Assembly: GCA_030167865.1 (NCBI GenBank)
Contig: JALAGF010005488.1
Location: forward strand, 124,001 to 151,422
Length of the DNA: 27,422 nucleotides
Direction of reading: 5' to 3'
From: Craspedostauros australis
Lineage: Eukaryota
A program made the position numbers and the translations under genes. Under the pieces are notes generated by a model. The model did not search any database, had not been told where the DNA came from, and saw only the letters and a list, made by a program, of their open reading frames with translations. Below, in pieces: positions 1-10,094 of this stretch (positions are counted from its first letter, which is position 1; the number at the start of each line of letters is the position of its first letter).

Positions 1-336
1 AGGTGGCACGGTGTGTATGCAAGATGCCCATCGCGGTAGTACCGCGTGCTCTCGCTGTCATGGACAGTTTGACGGTCGTCACATCATCATGACAAATCGC
101 CGTCGCTGTTCCGTCATCGATTGAAGATTCTCGCCAGCATGCGTGTGCTTTGGATGGTGCCAATCTTCATAATTGCATCATCCATCGTTGCCCTCTCATT
201 GTCTTTCCGATTCTCTCTTTGCGTCTGCTGCTGCCGTTTCTTTTTTCTATCATATCTCTGGCGCCGTCGCAGGCAGAATACCGCATGCGCTGGGCGCACG
301 TACGGGATGCATGGTGCAATCGTATTCTATCTTTCA

Positions 337-1734
337 CTAGGACCACGGCGTGGCAATCTCCTCACCGTGACCCTTCTTGTTCCACAAACGCATGCCGCCG
401 GCAGTGACTTCCACGGACGTCGCACGTTTGGTCAGGGTGGATTTGTTATTCTTCCACACGACAATCTTGGAGCCACCCGATTCGACGATCCACTCTAGAC
501 GCATGGGGATATCTTCACGTGAACAGAGGGTTTGGTAGGCGAGGGGTTTGGTGGATTCGGGCGCCCACCACGGTGCCTGGAAGGAAGTCGAGGTGCCTTC
601 CTTGATGATGCTGCCGAGACGTGCTGGAGCGCAGAGGTAGTCTTTGTTGACGGTATGGACGATGCCAACGGCGATGCTGAGGGCGGCGGCGAAGAGGAAG
701 ATGAAGCGCGACGTGCGGTTGGTAGTTCTGGTGGATTTGGAAGGGGTGGAGAGCGGCATGGCGCGCTGTTCGTTGGTGCCCTCGATGGTGTTGATTCTGG
801 TTTGGAGACGATCCGCTTCGAGGTTGGTCTTGAGGATCTCGCGGCACAACTCCTCGCACTGCTGCGCGTGCGACTTGCTGAGGGCGGTGATGCGGGCATC
901 GTGTTCGGCGCATGTCTTGGCGTACTTCTCCTGCTGCTGCGACAGTGCCTTCTCGTGCTCCTTCTTGCTTTCGTCTGTGTACTTCTTGTGCAGAATATCT
1001 TGCTGCTGCAGCTCCTTTTGCGTGAGCAAGAGCTTTTGCTCCAAATCCTTCGTCAGTTGGGTGAGCTGTTGCATGAATTGTATGGGGTATGGAGTATGTC
1101 AGTGTGGTAGGGAGGAGTTTGGAGGAGTATGGAAGAAACAGTCGAAGGCGCACAAGTAACAATGATGTGAGTGGAAAAAGTGCCGAAGCAATGGACTTGC
1201 GCCAAGACGATCTACTCGTGGAGCCATGCATATTATCGTAAAAGAGTAGAAGACGATATTGCATGATCTTTGAATCAACACACTGACCTCCTTGAGCCGC
1301 TCCAGGTTTTCGTCGTAATCGGCATTCCTGCGCTTGAGCTGCTTGGCGAGCTTCATGATGTTCTTGTCCTTCTTCTTTCGCAGCGCGCGTTCGGCGGAAA
1401 GATCGATCTCGGTCTGCTTGACCTTCTCCAGCAGCTTCTGCGTCTGAATGAGCATCTCTCCGCTGCCTCCCATGCCACCGGCATCCTTGTGCTCGCCGAT
1501 GGAGGATGGCGGAGACGGCGGGATGCCCGCAAACGTGACCTCGTTGCGTCTGGCCTTGCCGCTGGTGGAGGGAGATCTGTCGTTGCCGTCGGAAGCAGCC
1601 AGAACGTCGTAGGTGGAGTCGATGGAGAGGCGGGCCTTGCGCAGGATGTCCTCCACCTCCTCGCCGTCGAGATCTTCCGTCGACGACAATGATGTTCGCA
1701 GCGAGACTGCTTTGGCTGGCCTTAGTGATGACAT
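337..1734 (-). CDS. Coiled-coil protein with one TM helix and a ~100-aa C-terminal domain, unknown function (~391 aa, 2 exons)
   Basis: Model: complement(join(337..1065,1288..1734)). ATG at 1734 (MSSLRPAKAVS). Donor GAG|GTCAGT at 1287, acceptor CAG at 1068-1066, phase 0, joining ERLKE to LTQLTK. Heptad-rich E/K/Q/L region, hydrophobic FIFLFAAALSIAVGIVHTV, TAG at 339-337. The start codon is inferred. Confidence 0.75.
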
Positions 1735-1744
1735 GTTCTTTGAC

Positions 1745-1824
1745 GTTGCTGTTGCTGTTGCTGTTGTTGTGCTGGAGGGGGATTGTCTCTCTTCCACCCT
1801 TTGGCTTTGGCTTTGGCTTTGGCT
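1745..1824. repeat. Hexanucleotide microsatellites (GTTGCT)n and (TTGGCT)4 just upstream of the first gene's ATG
   Basis: gttgctgttgctgttgctgttgtt at ~1745-1769 and ttggct x4 at 1801-1824. Confidence 0.85.
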
Positions 1825-3357
1825 TATTTGCTTGTGTGGGTGTGGTTGTTGATTCGGGAATGGGGTGCAACTGCGTTGAGTTCTCTGAGGTGCAAGGTGC
1901 GGTGTCTGTGCCAGATACTCGTGGCCGTGTGGGTGTGGCCACAGGAAGCGCTACTGTTGGGTGGAACTGTCAGCGTGGCGGATGATGAGGTTGTCGATGT
2001 GATGAACGAAACCGAAGCGAACTGTGGCAGAAATTTTGGTATCGGAACTGTTGTGTGGAAGTCTGTGATGGTGGGGTGCGACCAGGAGTTGGAGAAATCA
2101 CGGTCGCAAACACAATCGCAAACACAATCGCAATGATGAAGTAATGATGAAGTAATGATGGCAGTGATGATGGTGGTGATGATGACAGCACCAGATCGTA
2201 TTTTAGTATAGCAATAGTACTCGAAATAGTAGTCGTACGAAGATTCGAAAGGCAATGACAACGCTCTTGAACCGATTGGTTGAAGATATTGGGGACGGCG
2301 CGGAAGATGGCAGTTGCAGTTGCTGTTACTGTTGCTGTTGCTGTTTTCTGTTGACGTTGGAGAATTTGAATGTGGGGTGTGTTGTTTAGGGATAGTGGGC
2401 TGCCACGAGACACGGAGGTGCGTAGCTCGCCTTTCTTTTGTGGTCAACAGACACCCTCTCCGTACTCTGTCGTCTCGTTCCTCCTTTGTCATTTTTGTCC
2501 ACCGCAACGAATCATTTGTTTTCTTTCGTTTCGACTCGTGGAACCGTTTGAGTGTTGGAAGCGTCTGAAGCGTCGTGTTCTGTGTCACACAAAGGGACAT
2601 GTGTGTCTGGCGATTTCACAAAATCCGGGAAACGTGTTTTTCTATCTGTCTGTTTGGATGAGAACACAACCAAACACGATGAGAAAGAGAAAGCCGGATC
2701 GTGAACTAGATCGTGTACGAGTGCAGTGTGATGTCAGTTGTCGCCAGCAGGGCAACGGCTGCTCTCCTTGTTGGTCGGAGAGGTGCGGGTGTTGGCAACT
2801 CCGCCATTCGCAATACCTACAATGCAGGATTCGACCTTCAGACCTATCAGCATCCGCATCGACATCTGCATCAACATGTCCATCATTGATACAATGCGTT
2901 GATCGCACGAGCATGATGGTGACTTCACGATGGTACGCACGTACTCGTACAAGTAGATGATATCGTGCTTGCCCATAGTGCCAACCGATCCCTTCCTAAA
3001 CTCGCAATAGGCGTCGCGGGCGACCTGGCATGCTGAATGGATATTCTACTGTGTAAATGTTTGATTGTGATAGTTTGTTGGTACCAATGATTACGGCTGG
3101 GGTGATGTTTGCCCTTGGGCTCTTGCAATCCATGTAGCGTGCGGTGCAAGATCCAATCAGTAATCATCTATTATACCATCACCTCCTCAGAAGCGACCAC
3201 AATGCCGCGCTGTTTCATGTCAAAGAGTGAAATGGAGTGCAATTGGTATGGCACCACAGACACATCACAGATACAAGCACGAGCAAGCGAAGAGTAGGCC
3301 GTACTTTTGCCATGCTCTATGCGTACGTGTACTGTGTCAAAGATGAGGTTGCGTTCC

Positions 3358-5223
3358 CTAACCGACGTACTTCAACAGAAGTCCGTTGCTGCCCAAGGCC
3401 CAGCCAGCGTTGTCGAACTCCTTGAAGAACTTGACGTTGTACAGGTTGCCTGGGATGTCGTTGGCGCTCTTGTCGAAGACGAAGTTCTTGCCACCGTCCT
3501 TGCTCACGTACATGGTGTTGGATCCGCCGACGGCCCACACCTCCTGCTCGTTGCGCCATGCGACGTCGGTGATTCCGTATCCACCAGTCTTGATGTTGGT
3601 CTCCTTGAAGTCGAAGTCGTCCTTGGTGAGGTCCACGCCCGGGCTGCTCAAGAACAGCTTTCCACCGTTCAGCGTCATCCACAGACCCTTCTTGATGTCT
3701 CCCTCCACGAAGCCCATGTTCTGGATGCGGCGCGGTGTTCCACGGTTGTGCGGGATCCAGAAATCCTGACCTGGCTCCCAGGTGAGGAAGAAGTTACCAC
3801 GGCTGGAGACGGCGAGGTAGGAACCCAGATCGTCACGAACCTGGTTGATGATGCTGCCGGTGAAGTAGGATGCTCCGCTCACGCCGCTGCTGCTGATTCT
3901 GTTCAGTGTGGCATCGATGGTCTCCTTCACCTGTGCCTTCCAGTTTCTGCCGGCGTTCTCTGTCACGTAAACGGCTCCGGACGACGTGGTCATCTCGGCC
4001 TTACCTGGTCCGAGCGAGAGGATGGAGGTTGGCTCACCTGGGAGCTTTGGCGAGAGTGGGATGCGTTCCCACGTCTTGCCGGCGTCCTTGGTGTGGAGCA
4101 TCAGGGTTGGCTTACCCAACACCCAACCCTCTCCGTCGGTGAAGGACGCGACTGTGAAACGGTATGTGACTTCCTCTTCGGCATCGAGGTTGGAAAACGA
4201 ACGTGCCTCCCATGTGTTACCACCGTCGCTGGTCTCTGCGAAGGCTCCGCGAGATCCGACAAGGTACCCGTGCGTTGGGCTGTCGAAGTCGATGTCGTAC
4301 AAAGTGTCCTCGAATGGCAGTGGCACCTTCTTCCACATTTTGGATGAGGCGGCCTCGGCGGCCTGTGGGGCGGCCATGGCTCCGCTCATGGTCGACAGAG
4401 CGCCGATGGCGGCGGTCGAGCCGGTCTGTGTCACCAAAATGCAGATTGGTATGAATGCCATACAATGTACGCAGGGTTTGACGCATGGTTGTGGCAAATC
4501 GCAAAATGCATCATGTATAATGGCGTCATTGTGATGATACGACGCGATGGATGACCAATCCAGCGCATTGCGTGAAGTCACGATACGTTGGATGATGTTT
4601 CATTTTGTTTGGGTTTGGTTGGGTTCATGAAATACCACGGACCCAAATACAACGGACGGGATCGTCCATGACGAGTTGCACAGATTGTGTACGCAGGTGG
4701 TGGTCGCAAGTGCAAGTGAAAGTGTGAGGCTGAGCAAGTCAAAGTGATATTCACTCTGCAGGCTAAGCAGTTTCGTCACGACATCAATGTTGAATTATGA
4801 TTCCAAGATCCTGTCGACAGTCTCCTGTGCACTTCCTCCAAGTTCGCATGTGCGAAATCTCACGTTTCCATCCGTCGCCTCTGTTTGCTTGAGATGCCAC
4901 AGGCAAGCGCAAACAGTAGCATCCAGTCCAATTCAATTCAATTCAATGCATCCATCCATCAATCCAATCCGTCCTGCTTCGAAGGAAAGACCCACGAAGT
5001 GTTGCTTCGCGTTGCAATTCCAACCTCAATATGATTCACCATGCATACGTATGCACGTACGCACCTTGGTGACGAAAGATCGGCGGTCCTCCTCTGGTGT
5101 GTTGCTGCTGGTCTGCGCGGACAGGGCCATGTTGGAGACCTGGAAGCCTCCTGGCTTGCTGACTGGCGTGAACGCCGAGCTGCAGCTGACCAGCAGGGAG
5201 AGGACGAGTGGGCGAACGAACAT
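3358..5223 (-). CDS. HCF136: Photosystem II stability/assembly factor HCF136 (Ycf48), plastid thylakoid-lumen precursor (~408 aa, 2 exons)
   Basis: Model: complement(join(3358..4425,5065..5223)). Exon 1 is MFVRPLVLSLLVSCSSAFTP (signal peptide + AF motif)...DRRSFVTK. Donor AAG|GTGCGT at 5064, acceptor CAG at 4428-4426, phase 0. Then a hydrophobic stretch ending AEA. The mature part has BNR/Asp-box repeats (TSDGGNTW, TKDAGKTW, SKDGGKNF) and Ycf48 motifs (LSPKLPGEP, AVSSRGNFFLTWEPGQDFWIPHNR, RRIQNMGF). Confidence 0.95.
4426..5064 (-). other. 639-bp GT-AG intron of HCF136
   Basis: GTGCGT...CACAG boundaries join the RR motif to the hydrophobic part of the lumenal signal in frame. Contains short AATTC and TCCA repeats (~4928-4962). 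Confidence 0.8.
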
Positions 5224-5704
5224 GATTGCGAGTTGTTGCGGTGTGATGTTATGAGAGACGTGAATCCTGATACGATACTCTCTCTGCAAGGGTGATCTGG
5301 TGTTGTGCTATCGGATCGAAAACGAGAATTGTGTCTTGCTGATGCTGTTTGTGGGTGATGGGCCGGAGGCTGACGCGAATCCAACTAATCATCGGCATGG
5401 CAACAACAACGACAGCGGAAGCGGATGTTGCGGTGCTGGCGGTCACACGGTGGCACCGATGATTGTGATGGGTTGTCACAACGTTGTCAGTTCGCGTTGA
5501 CAACAAAGATCGTGATGATTCAGCGAACTGACGTGGGAATCCGATTGGTACGATCACAAACAAAACCTCGAACAAACTCTCATCTCGTCGTAGACTTCCG
5601 TGTATATCTAGATGGAGGTACGAGCTTGATGACTTTTGCAAACACAACTATGCTACGCCATCACCACCAGTGCTGCACAGATCTATTGCTCTCCCTCCTC
5701 TCTT

Positions 5705-5725
5705 AGAGAGAGAGAGAGAGAGAGA
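5705..5725. repeat. (AG)10 microsatellite
   Basis: Perfect AG dinucleotide run between HCF136 and the 3' end of COX15. Confidence 0.95.
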
Positions 5726-5917
5726 CAGCTCGGTTGCCGATTGTGTTGCATAATAATAATATGGGAATGGAATGGAAACGGATATGATTGAGTATTATTC
5801 GTATGTCGACGAACATCATCTTCAGCTTATTCGTATGTACGTACGTGTATCCAAGGAGGATGCATTCTGCCCAAGATGTGCTGCATGCGGAGAAGCGCAA
5901 GACGAACAACGACGTTG

Positions 5918-7177
5918 CTACTGAGCGCCGCTGACCACTGGGTTCGTGATTGGTTTGATGATCGGCTTGGCCTGGTTTGGAAGATTTCGAGCGGCACGCA
6001 CGATGGCTGGTCTAGCATATCGCAACGAATGGGCGAGGTACACGCCGCTTGTCAGAACGACGATGCTTCCGAGCTGGTGCGTCGCAGCCAGGGAGAGTGG
6101 GACGTAATTGAGCAGCGTTGTGATTCCCAACGTCATTTGACCCACAGAAGCGAGGCCAACAGCGTAGAGTCCATTCCTGGCCTGAGGGGTGAGCAACGAG
6201 GCTCTGGCGGGCGACAGGCCGATGGCAATCAATGAGACGGCGCCGACAGCCGTCGCGGTTCCCAGGAACCGGTGGTTGAACTGGACCAGGGCGGTGTTCT
6301 CGGTGAAGTTGCGGATGAAGGGTCGCATCTCGAAGATTCCCGGTGGAATCCAGTCGTCACCCATCTTGGGATACGTGTTGTACGCTCTCCCGGCGTCGTT
6401 GCCCGCCACGAGCGCTCCGCTCACGATGGTGAGAGCCGTGATGCCCGTGAGGTGGATGCTGCCGGTCCTCAGCTTGGCAGCATGTCTCAGAGCGTCCTTG
6501 CTGAGCTTGGAGGCCTGCTCCGAGATGTTCGTGTGGTTGAGGCTGAGCACATCGAGCCCTGTCCACAGCAGCGCCCCGTACGTCGCCACGGCCATCGACA
6601 GATGGGACGCCAGACGGAGGGGCTTGACCCGGATTTCCGACTTGTCATCGCGTCGGTCGTCGCCCAATCCCGACTTGACCATCCACCACCCAACAAGGCC
6701 TTGGGTGCCACCCATCGCCAGCAGGCCCACCATGCGTCCCTGGTATCCCTTCGGGATCCTGCCCCGAGCAGTGAAGTACATCCACGGCAGGCAGAAGATA
6801 ACGCCGACGGCGCGTCCGAGCATGCGATGGCCGTACTCCCAGCCGTAGATGAACTTGAACTCGGAGAGCGTCATGGACTTGCGCTGCTGCCACTCGGGGT
6901 ACGTCTTGTACCGCTCGAACTCCTCCATCCACGCTTCGGTCGTTGTGGGGGGCAGGGAGCCCAGCGGACTCCAATCCGTCATGGACAGACCGGACTTCGT
7001 CAGCCGCGTGATGCCTCCCACGTGGATCATCCCGACCACTGCGCCAGCGGTTCCCAACAGCCACTTGCCAACGGGAGCGTACGCATTCTCCGATCGCTTG
7101 GTCACCAGCGGCAATCCATTCTTCAGCAGCGCTGCAGCAGCTGCCTTGGTTGCTCTCGTTGCTGCGAAAGGCGACAT
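5918..7177 (-). CDS. COX15: Heme A synthase (cytochrome c oxidase assembly protein COX15)
   Basis: Motifs VGGITRLTKSGLSMTDW, EFERYKTYPE, EYGHRMLGR, QGLVGWWMVKSGL, RLASHL, GALVAGNDAGRAYNTYPKMG, QFNHR and LAATHQ, with multiple TM helices. First plausible ATG is 7177. A possible acceptor (TTGCAG, 7190-7185) lies just upstream, so an extra 5' exon cannot be excluded. Confidence 0.95.
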   Translation of the reverse strand: MSPFAATRATKAAAAALLKNGLPLVTKRSENAYAPVGKWLLGTAGAVVGMIHVGGITRLTKSGLSMTDWSPLGSLPPTTTEAWMEEFERYKTYPEWQQRKSMTLSEFKFIYGWEYGHRMLGRAVGVIFCLPWMYFTARGRIPKGYQGRMVGLLAMGGTQGLVGWWMVKSGLGDDRRDDKSEIRVKPLRLASHLSMAVATYGALLWTGLDVLSLNHTNISEQASKLSKDALRHAAKLRTGSIHLTGITALTIVSGALVAGNDAGRAYNTYPKMGDDWIPPGIFEMRPFIRNFTENTALVQFNHRFLGTATAVGAVSLIAIGLSPARASLLTPQARNGLYAVGLASVGQMTLGITTLLNYVPLSLAATHQLGSIVVLTSGVYLAHSLRYARPAIVRAARNLPNQAKPIIKPITNPVVSGAQ

Positions 7178-7624
7178 CGTCCATCTGCAATGCGTATAAT
7201 GTGTACGATTGGACACCGCAGAGGAGGAGCCTTCTGCACATCACAGATTTTCGTGTTGGCAACAACAAGAGCGTTCCGCGAGGATTGTGTCACAACCAAC
7301 CTGGTCACACAGAATCATTTGCACACAACGCGAACCAACACGTATGGCATGACGGTCGCTACTAATGACATTTAGAATATTGGTCATGACTCGCTTCTTT
7401 CTAGTCGTGCATGATACGCGCGAAGAGAATGTCCTTCTCATGTTCTGTGCAAGATGGTCGGAATGTTTGGAAGATACTCCTGCAACTCGAGCAACACGTG
7501 CGAACTTCGAGGCACGTAGTTGTACATGATCGACTTGCGCGCACCACAACAACACGTCCACGATCGCGGAGAGATCACATGACAGCCCATAGCTCGTAAA
7601 ATACAGTCAGACAGCAGGGTGAAG

Positions 7625-9895
7625 ATGACGATGAGGATGTCTTCCACCATCACCGGATCAGGAATGCCTGAATCCCTCGCCTTCAGACCGTTGGTGAAGG
7701 GGAATCATGTGTCGGCGGATGCAGCCGAGACGGACGGTGTTGATACGCAACGTACGCACGAAGTTCTGGCATCGGATGTGTCGCTTTCGTTCTGGGGTGG
7801 CATCGACCCCATCACCGGCATCATTATCGATCAGCTGCATCCGCTGGCAGGAGAGTGCGTTTCCGGGAAGATCTTCTGCCTGCCATCCGGGCGGGGGTCT
7901 TGCACGGCTTCTCAGGTTCTGCTTGAGCTCATCGTCAACGGCAAAGCTCCGCGGGCCATTGTTCTGCGAGATCGTGACGGGCTGGTGTGCGTGGGTGCCA
8001 TCGTCGCGCAGGCTGTCTTCCCGGATTCTTCGATTCCGGACATTCTGCAAGTGGAGGACTTCGATTCGCTCATGCAGCAGGTCAAGCAAAGCGAGGATGA
8101 CAACGTGGATTCGCATGGTTACGTTTCTGTTCCTGAAGGTCGCCTGACTATCACGGCTGGATCCGGGGTTGATGCTGGCACTATCGCTGGGGCTGTGACG
8201 ACCGGTGAAGGTGAAGCTGGAGGTGGGTCTCACACCCAGCATGAAAAGCAAACACAAGTGGAGACGCAAGCGCAGCTGCCACATGACAGCGAATCTGATC
8301 AACAGCCATCCGCACCGCAAATTCTGGATGGAATCGAACTCAGTGAAGAAGAGCAAGGGATGCTGCGAGAGGCAAGCAACGTCGGGGAACTGCGGGCCAC
8401 GCAGTGCTTGATCCGTTATGCTCACATCGTATCGGACAAGCCAACCTACACGGATGCGACGCAGGCACACATCGACGGGTGCACCTACATCGGCCCGGCA
8501 GGATTGGAGTTTGTGAAGCGGTTTGTGGCGGAAGGCTGCAAAGTGAAGATACCCACTACGCTGAACTCCGTGTCAACGGATCTGCGGAACTGGAAATCGT
8601 TCGGGATCGCAGCGACGGAATCGCAACTGAACGCCATCAGGTTGGCCGATGCCTACGTGGCGCTGGGCTGTTCGGGACGATCCTTCACGTGTGCGCCGTA
8701 TCTGCTCGACAGCGCTCCTCAGCAGAATGATCAGATCGCGTGGGGTGAATCCAACGCTGTTGTCTACGCCAACTCCGTGCTCGGAGCACGGACTGAGAAG
8801 TACGCTGACTATTTGGACATCTGCTGTGCCATTGTCGGCAAGGCGCCGATGGTTGGCGTTCACCACGACGCCAACCGACGGCCCAAGGTCATCCTCGATG
8901 CATCTGGCATAGACTTTGGAAGGAATGCCGGTGCAACCAAAATTGGCAACAACGAAGATAATTCCACGCTCAACGATGAAACATTCTCGTTGCTCTTCCC
9001 TGTCCTCGGTCACCTTTGCGGGTCGCTGTCCGATGGCCACGTCCCCATCTTGATTGGAATGGAAGATTACAAAGATCGAATTAATGAGGATCATCTCAAA
9101 GCTTTCTGTGCTGCGTTCGGGACCACCGGGACATCGCCATTGATCCACATCGCAGGCATCACCCCCGAAACCAAGGACGCGAAGGCATTGCAGAGCATGC
9201 TCGATGGTTGCGATATCACGCGAGAAGTCACGGCAGACGATTTGGATAGGACTTTCGACATGTTGGATCAGAAAAATCGTTCTAATAATGACGATGCTGA
9301 TCGCGATCAGGATGATGCCAATACTGATGCACACAAGGAGACTATCGAATGGATCGCCCTCGGCAATCCCCATTTGAGCTTGTCGGAATGCGATGAATTG
9401 TTGAAAATTCTCGAACGAAAGGAGCAAACGAGGCATCCCAACGTCCGCATGATCGCTTGCATGGCACGGGAACTGTTGGAACAATCCGATTCTGCCAAAA
9501 CTTTGCGAACCAAGTTTGGAGTGGAATTCGTGAACGATACGTGCTGGTGCATGCTGCTTCAGACGCCCATGATCCCTGCATCGGAGGATTCCACGATCCT
9601 GACGAACAGCGGCAAGTACGCGCATTACGGGCCGGGATTGGTGCAACGACGGTTCCGGTTGGGCAGCTTACAGGACTGCGTTGACGCTGCGATGGCCGGC
9701 TATCTGCCAAGGCGTGGGAAGGACAGCATGCCGTGGAGAATCCAGTCTCGCGGCTATCATTTGTGGTGTGGAAAGCCTCGATCCGCCGCTGGTCCGTTCA
9801 TCTCTTCGTTCCATCAGTCCAGCAGGGTCACCAATCACCCGAATGCGAATGCATCCATGATTGTCAGATCGTTGATCCGGAGAGCATGGAAGTAA
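7625..9895 (+). CDS. Aconitase X, fused swivel (DUF126) + catalytic (DUF521) domains; cis-3-hydroxy-L-proline dehydratase-like (type I)
   Basis: Single uninterrupted ORF. N-terminal SFWGGIDPITGIIIDQLHPLAG...LPSGRGSCTAS...GKAPRAIVL matches the swivel domain. C-terminal AHIDGCTYIG, PTTLNS, FTCAPY, WGESNAVVYANSVLGART, LKAFCAAFGTTG, HIAGITPE, LGNPHLS, DTCWCM and TNSGKYAHYGP match the catalytic domain. Several in-frame ATGs lie between 7625 and 7664, so the exact start is uncertain. Confidence 0.88.
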   Translation: MTMRMSSTITGSGMPESLAFRPLVKGNHVSADAAETDGVDTQRTHEVLASDVSLSFWGGIDPITGIIIDQLHPLAGECVSGKIFCLPSGRGSCTASQVLLELIVNGKAPRAIVLRDRDGLVCVGAIVAQAVFPDSSIPDILQVEDFDSLMQQVKQSEDDNVDSHGYVSVPEGRLTITAGSGVDAGTIAGAVTTGEGEAGGGSHTQHEKQTQVETQAQLPHDSESDQQPSAPQILDGIELSEEEQGMLREASNVGELRATQCLIRYAHIVSDKPTYTDATQAHIDGCTYIGPAGLEFVKRFVAEGCKVKIPTTLNSVSTDLRNWKSFGIAATESQLNAIRLADAYVALGCSGRSFTCAPYLLDSAPQQNDQIAWGESNAVVYANSVLGARTEKYADYLDICCAIVGKAPMVGVHHDANRRPKVILDASGIDFGRNAGATKIGNNEDNSTLNDETFSLLFPVLGHLCGSLSDGHVPILIGMEDYKDRINEDHLKAFCAAFGTTGTSPLIHIAGITPETKDAKALQSMLDGCDITREVTADDLDRTFDMLDQKNRSNNDDADRDQDDANTDAHKETIEWIALGNPHLSLSECDELLKILERKEQTRHPNVRMIACMARELLEQSDSAKTLRTKFGVEFVNDTCWCMLLQTPMIPASEDSTILTNSGKYAHYGPGLVQRRFRLGSLQDCVDAAMAGYLPRRGKDSMPWRIQSRGYHLWCGKPRSAAGPFISSFHQSSRVTNHPNANASMIVRSLIRRAWK

Positions 9896-10094
9896 ATAGC
9901 AAGGTGACAATAGAGTAGCATAGCGCGAGTGTTCTCCTATGAAGTGACTGAACTGGATGAGGTAGCTCGTAGTTTGTGATGGGCGACTCATGCTGCTTCC
10001 TCTAACGTTTAACTACCGACTCGTCAGATCCACGGATACATTTGTACAATACGTCAAAAACAAATATTACACACAAGCACAATCTCCCTTCCCT

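Noticed and set aside
337..700. Possible KASH-domain (LINC complex) protein
   Set aside because: The post-TM tails are ~100 and ~140 aa and lack the short PPPX-type terminus of canonical KASH peptides.
515..1942. 475-aa minus-strand ORF overlapping the first gene
   Set aside because: It is an off-frame, Arg/His-rich translation running through microsatellites and the intron. The spliced alternative frame gives a coherent protein with a paralogue.
1824..3300. Assorted ORFs in the intergenic region (e.g. 1824..2600)
   Set aside because: They are low-complexity translations of microsatellites (NSNSNS, CDCVCD) with no domain or coding-like composition.
3307..4347. Long antisense ORFs opposite HCF136 (and similarly 6272..7375, 8573..9646, 11257..12468, 15959..16843)
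   Set aside because: These are shadows of codon-biased real genes and have no recognisable domains.
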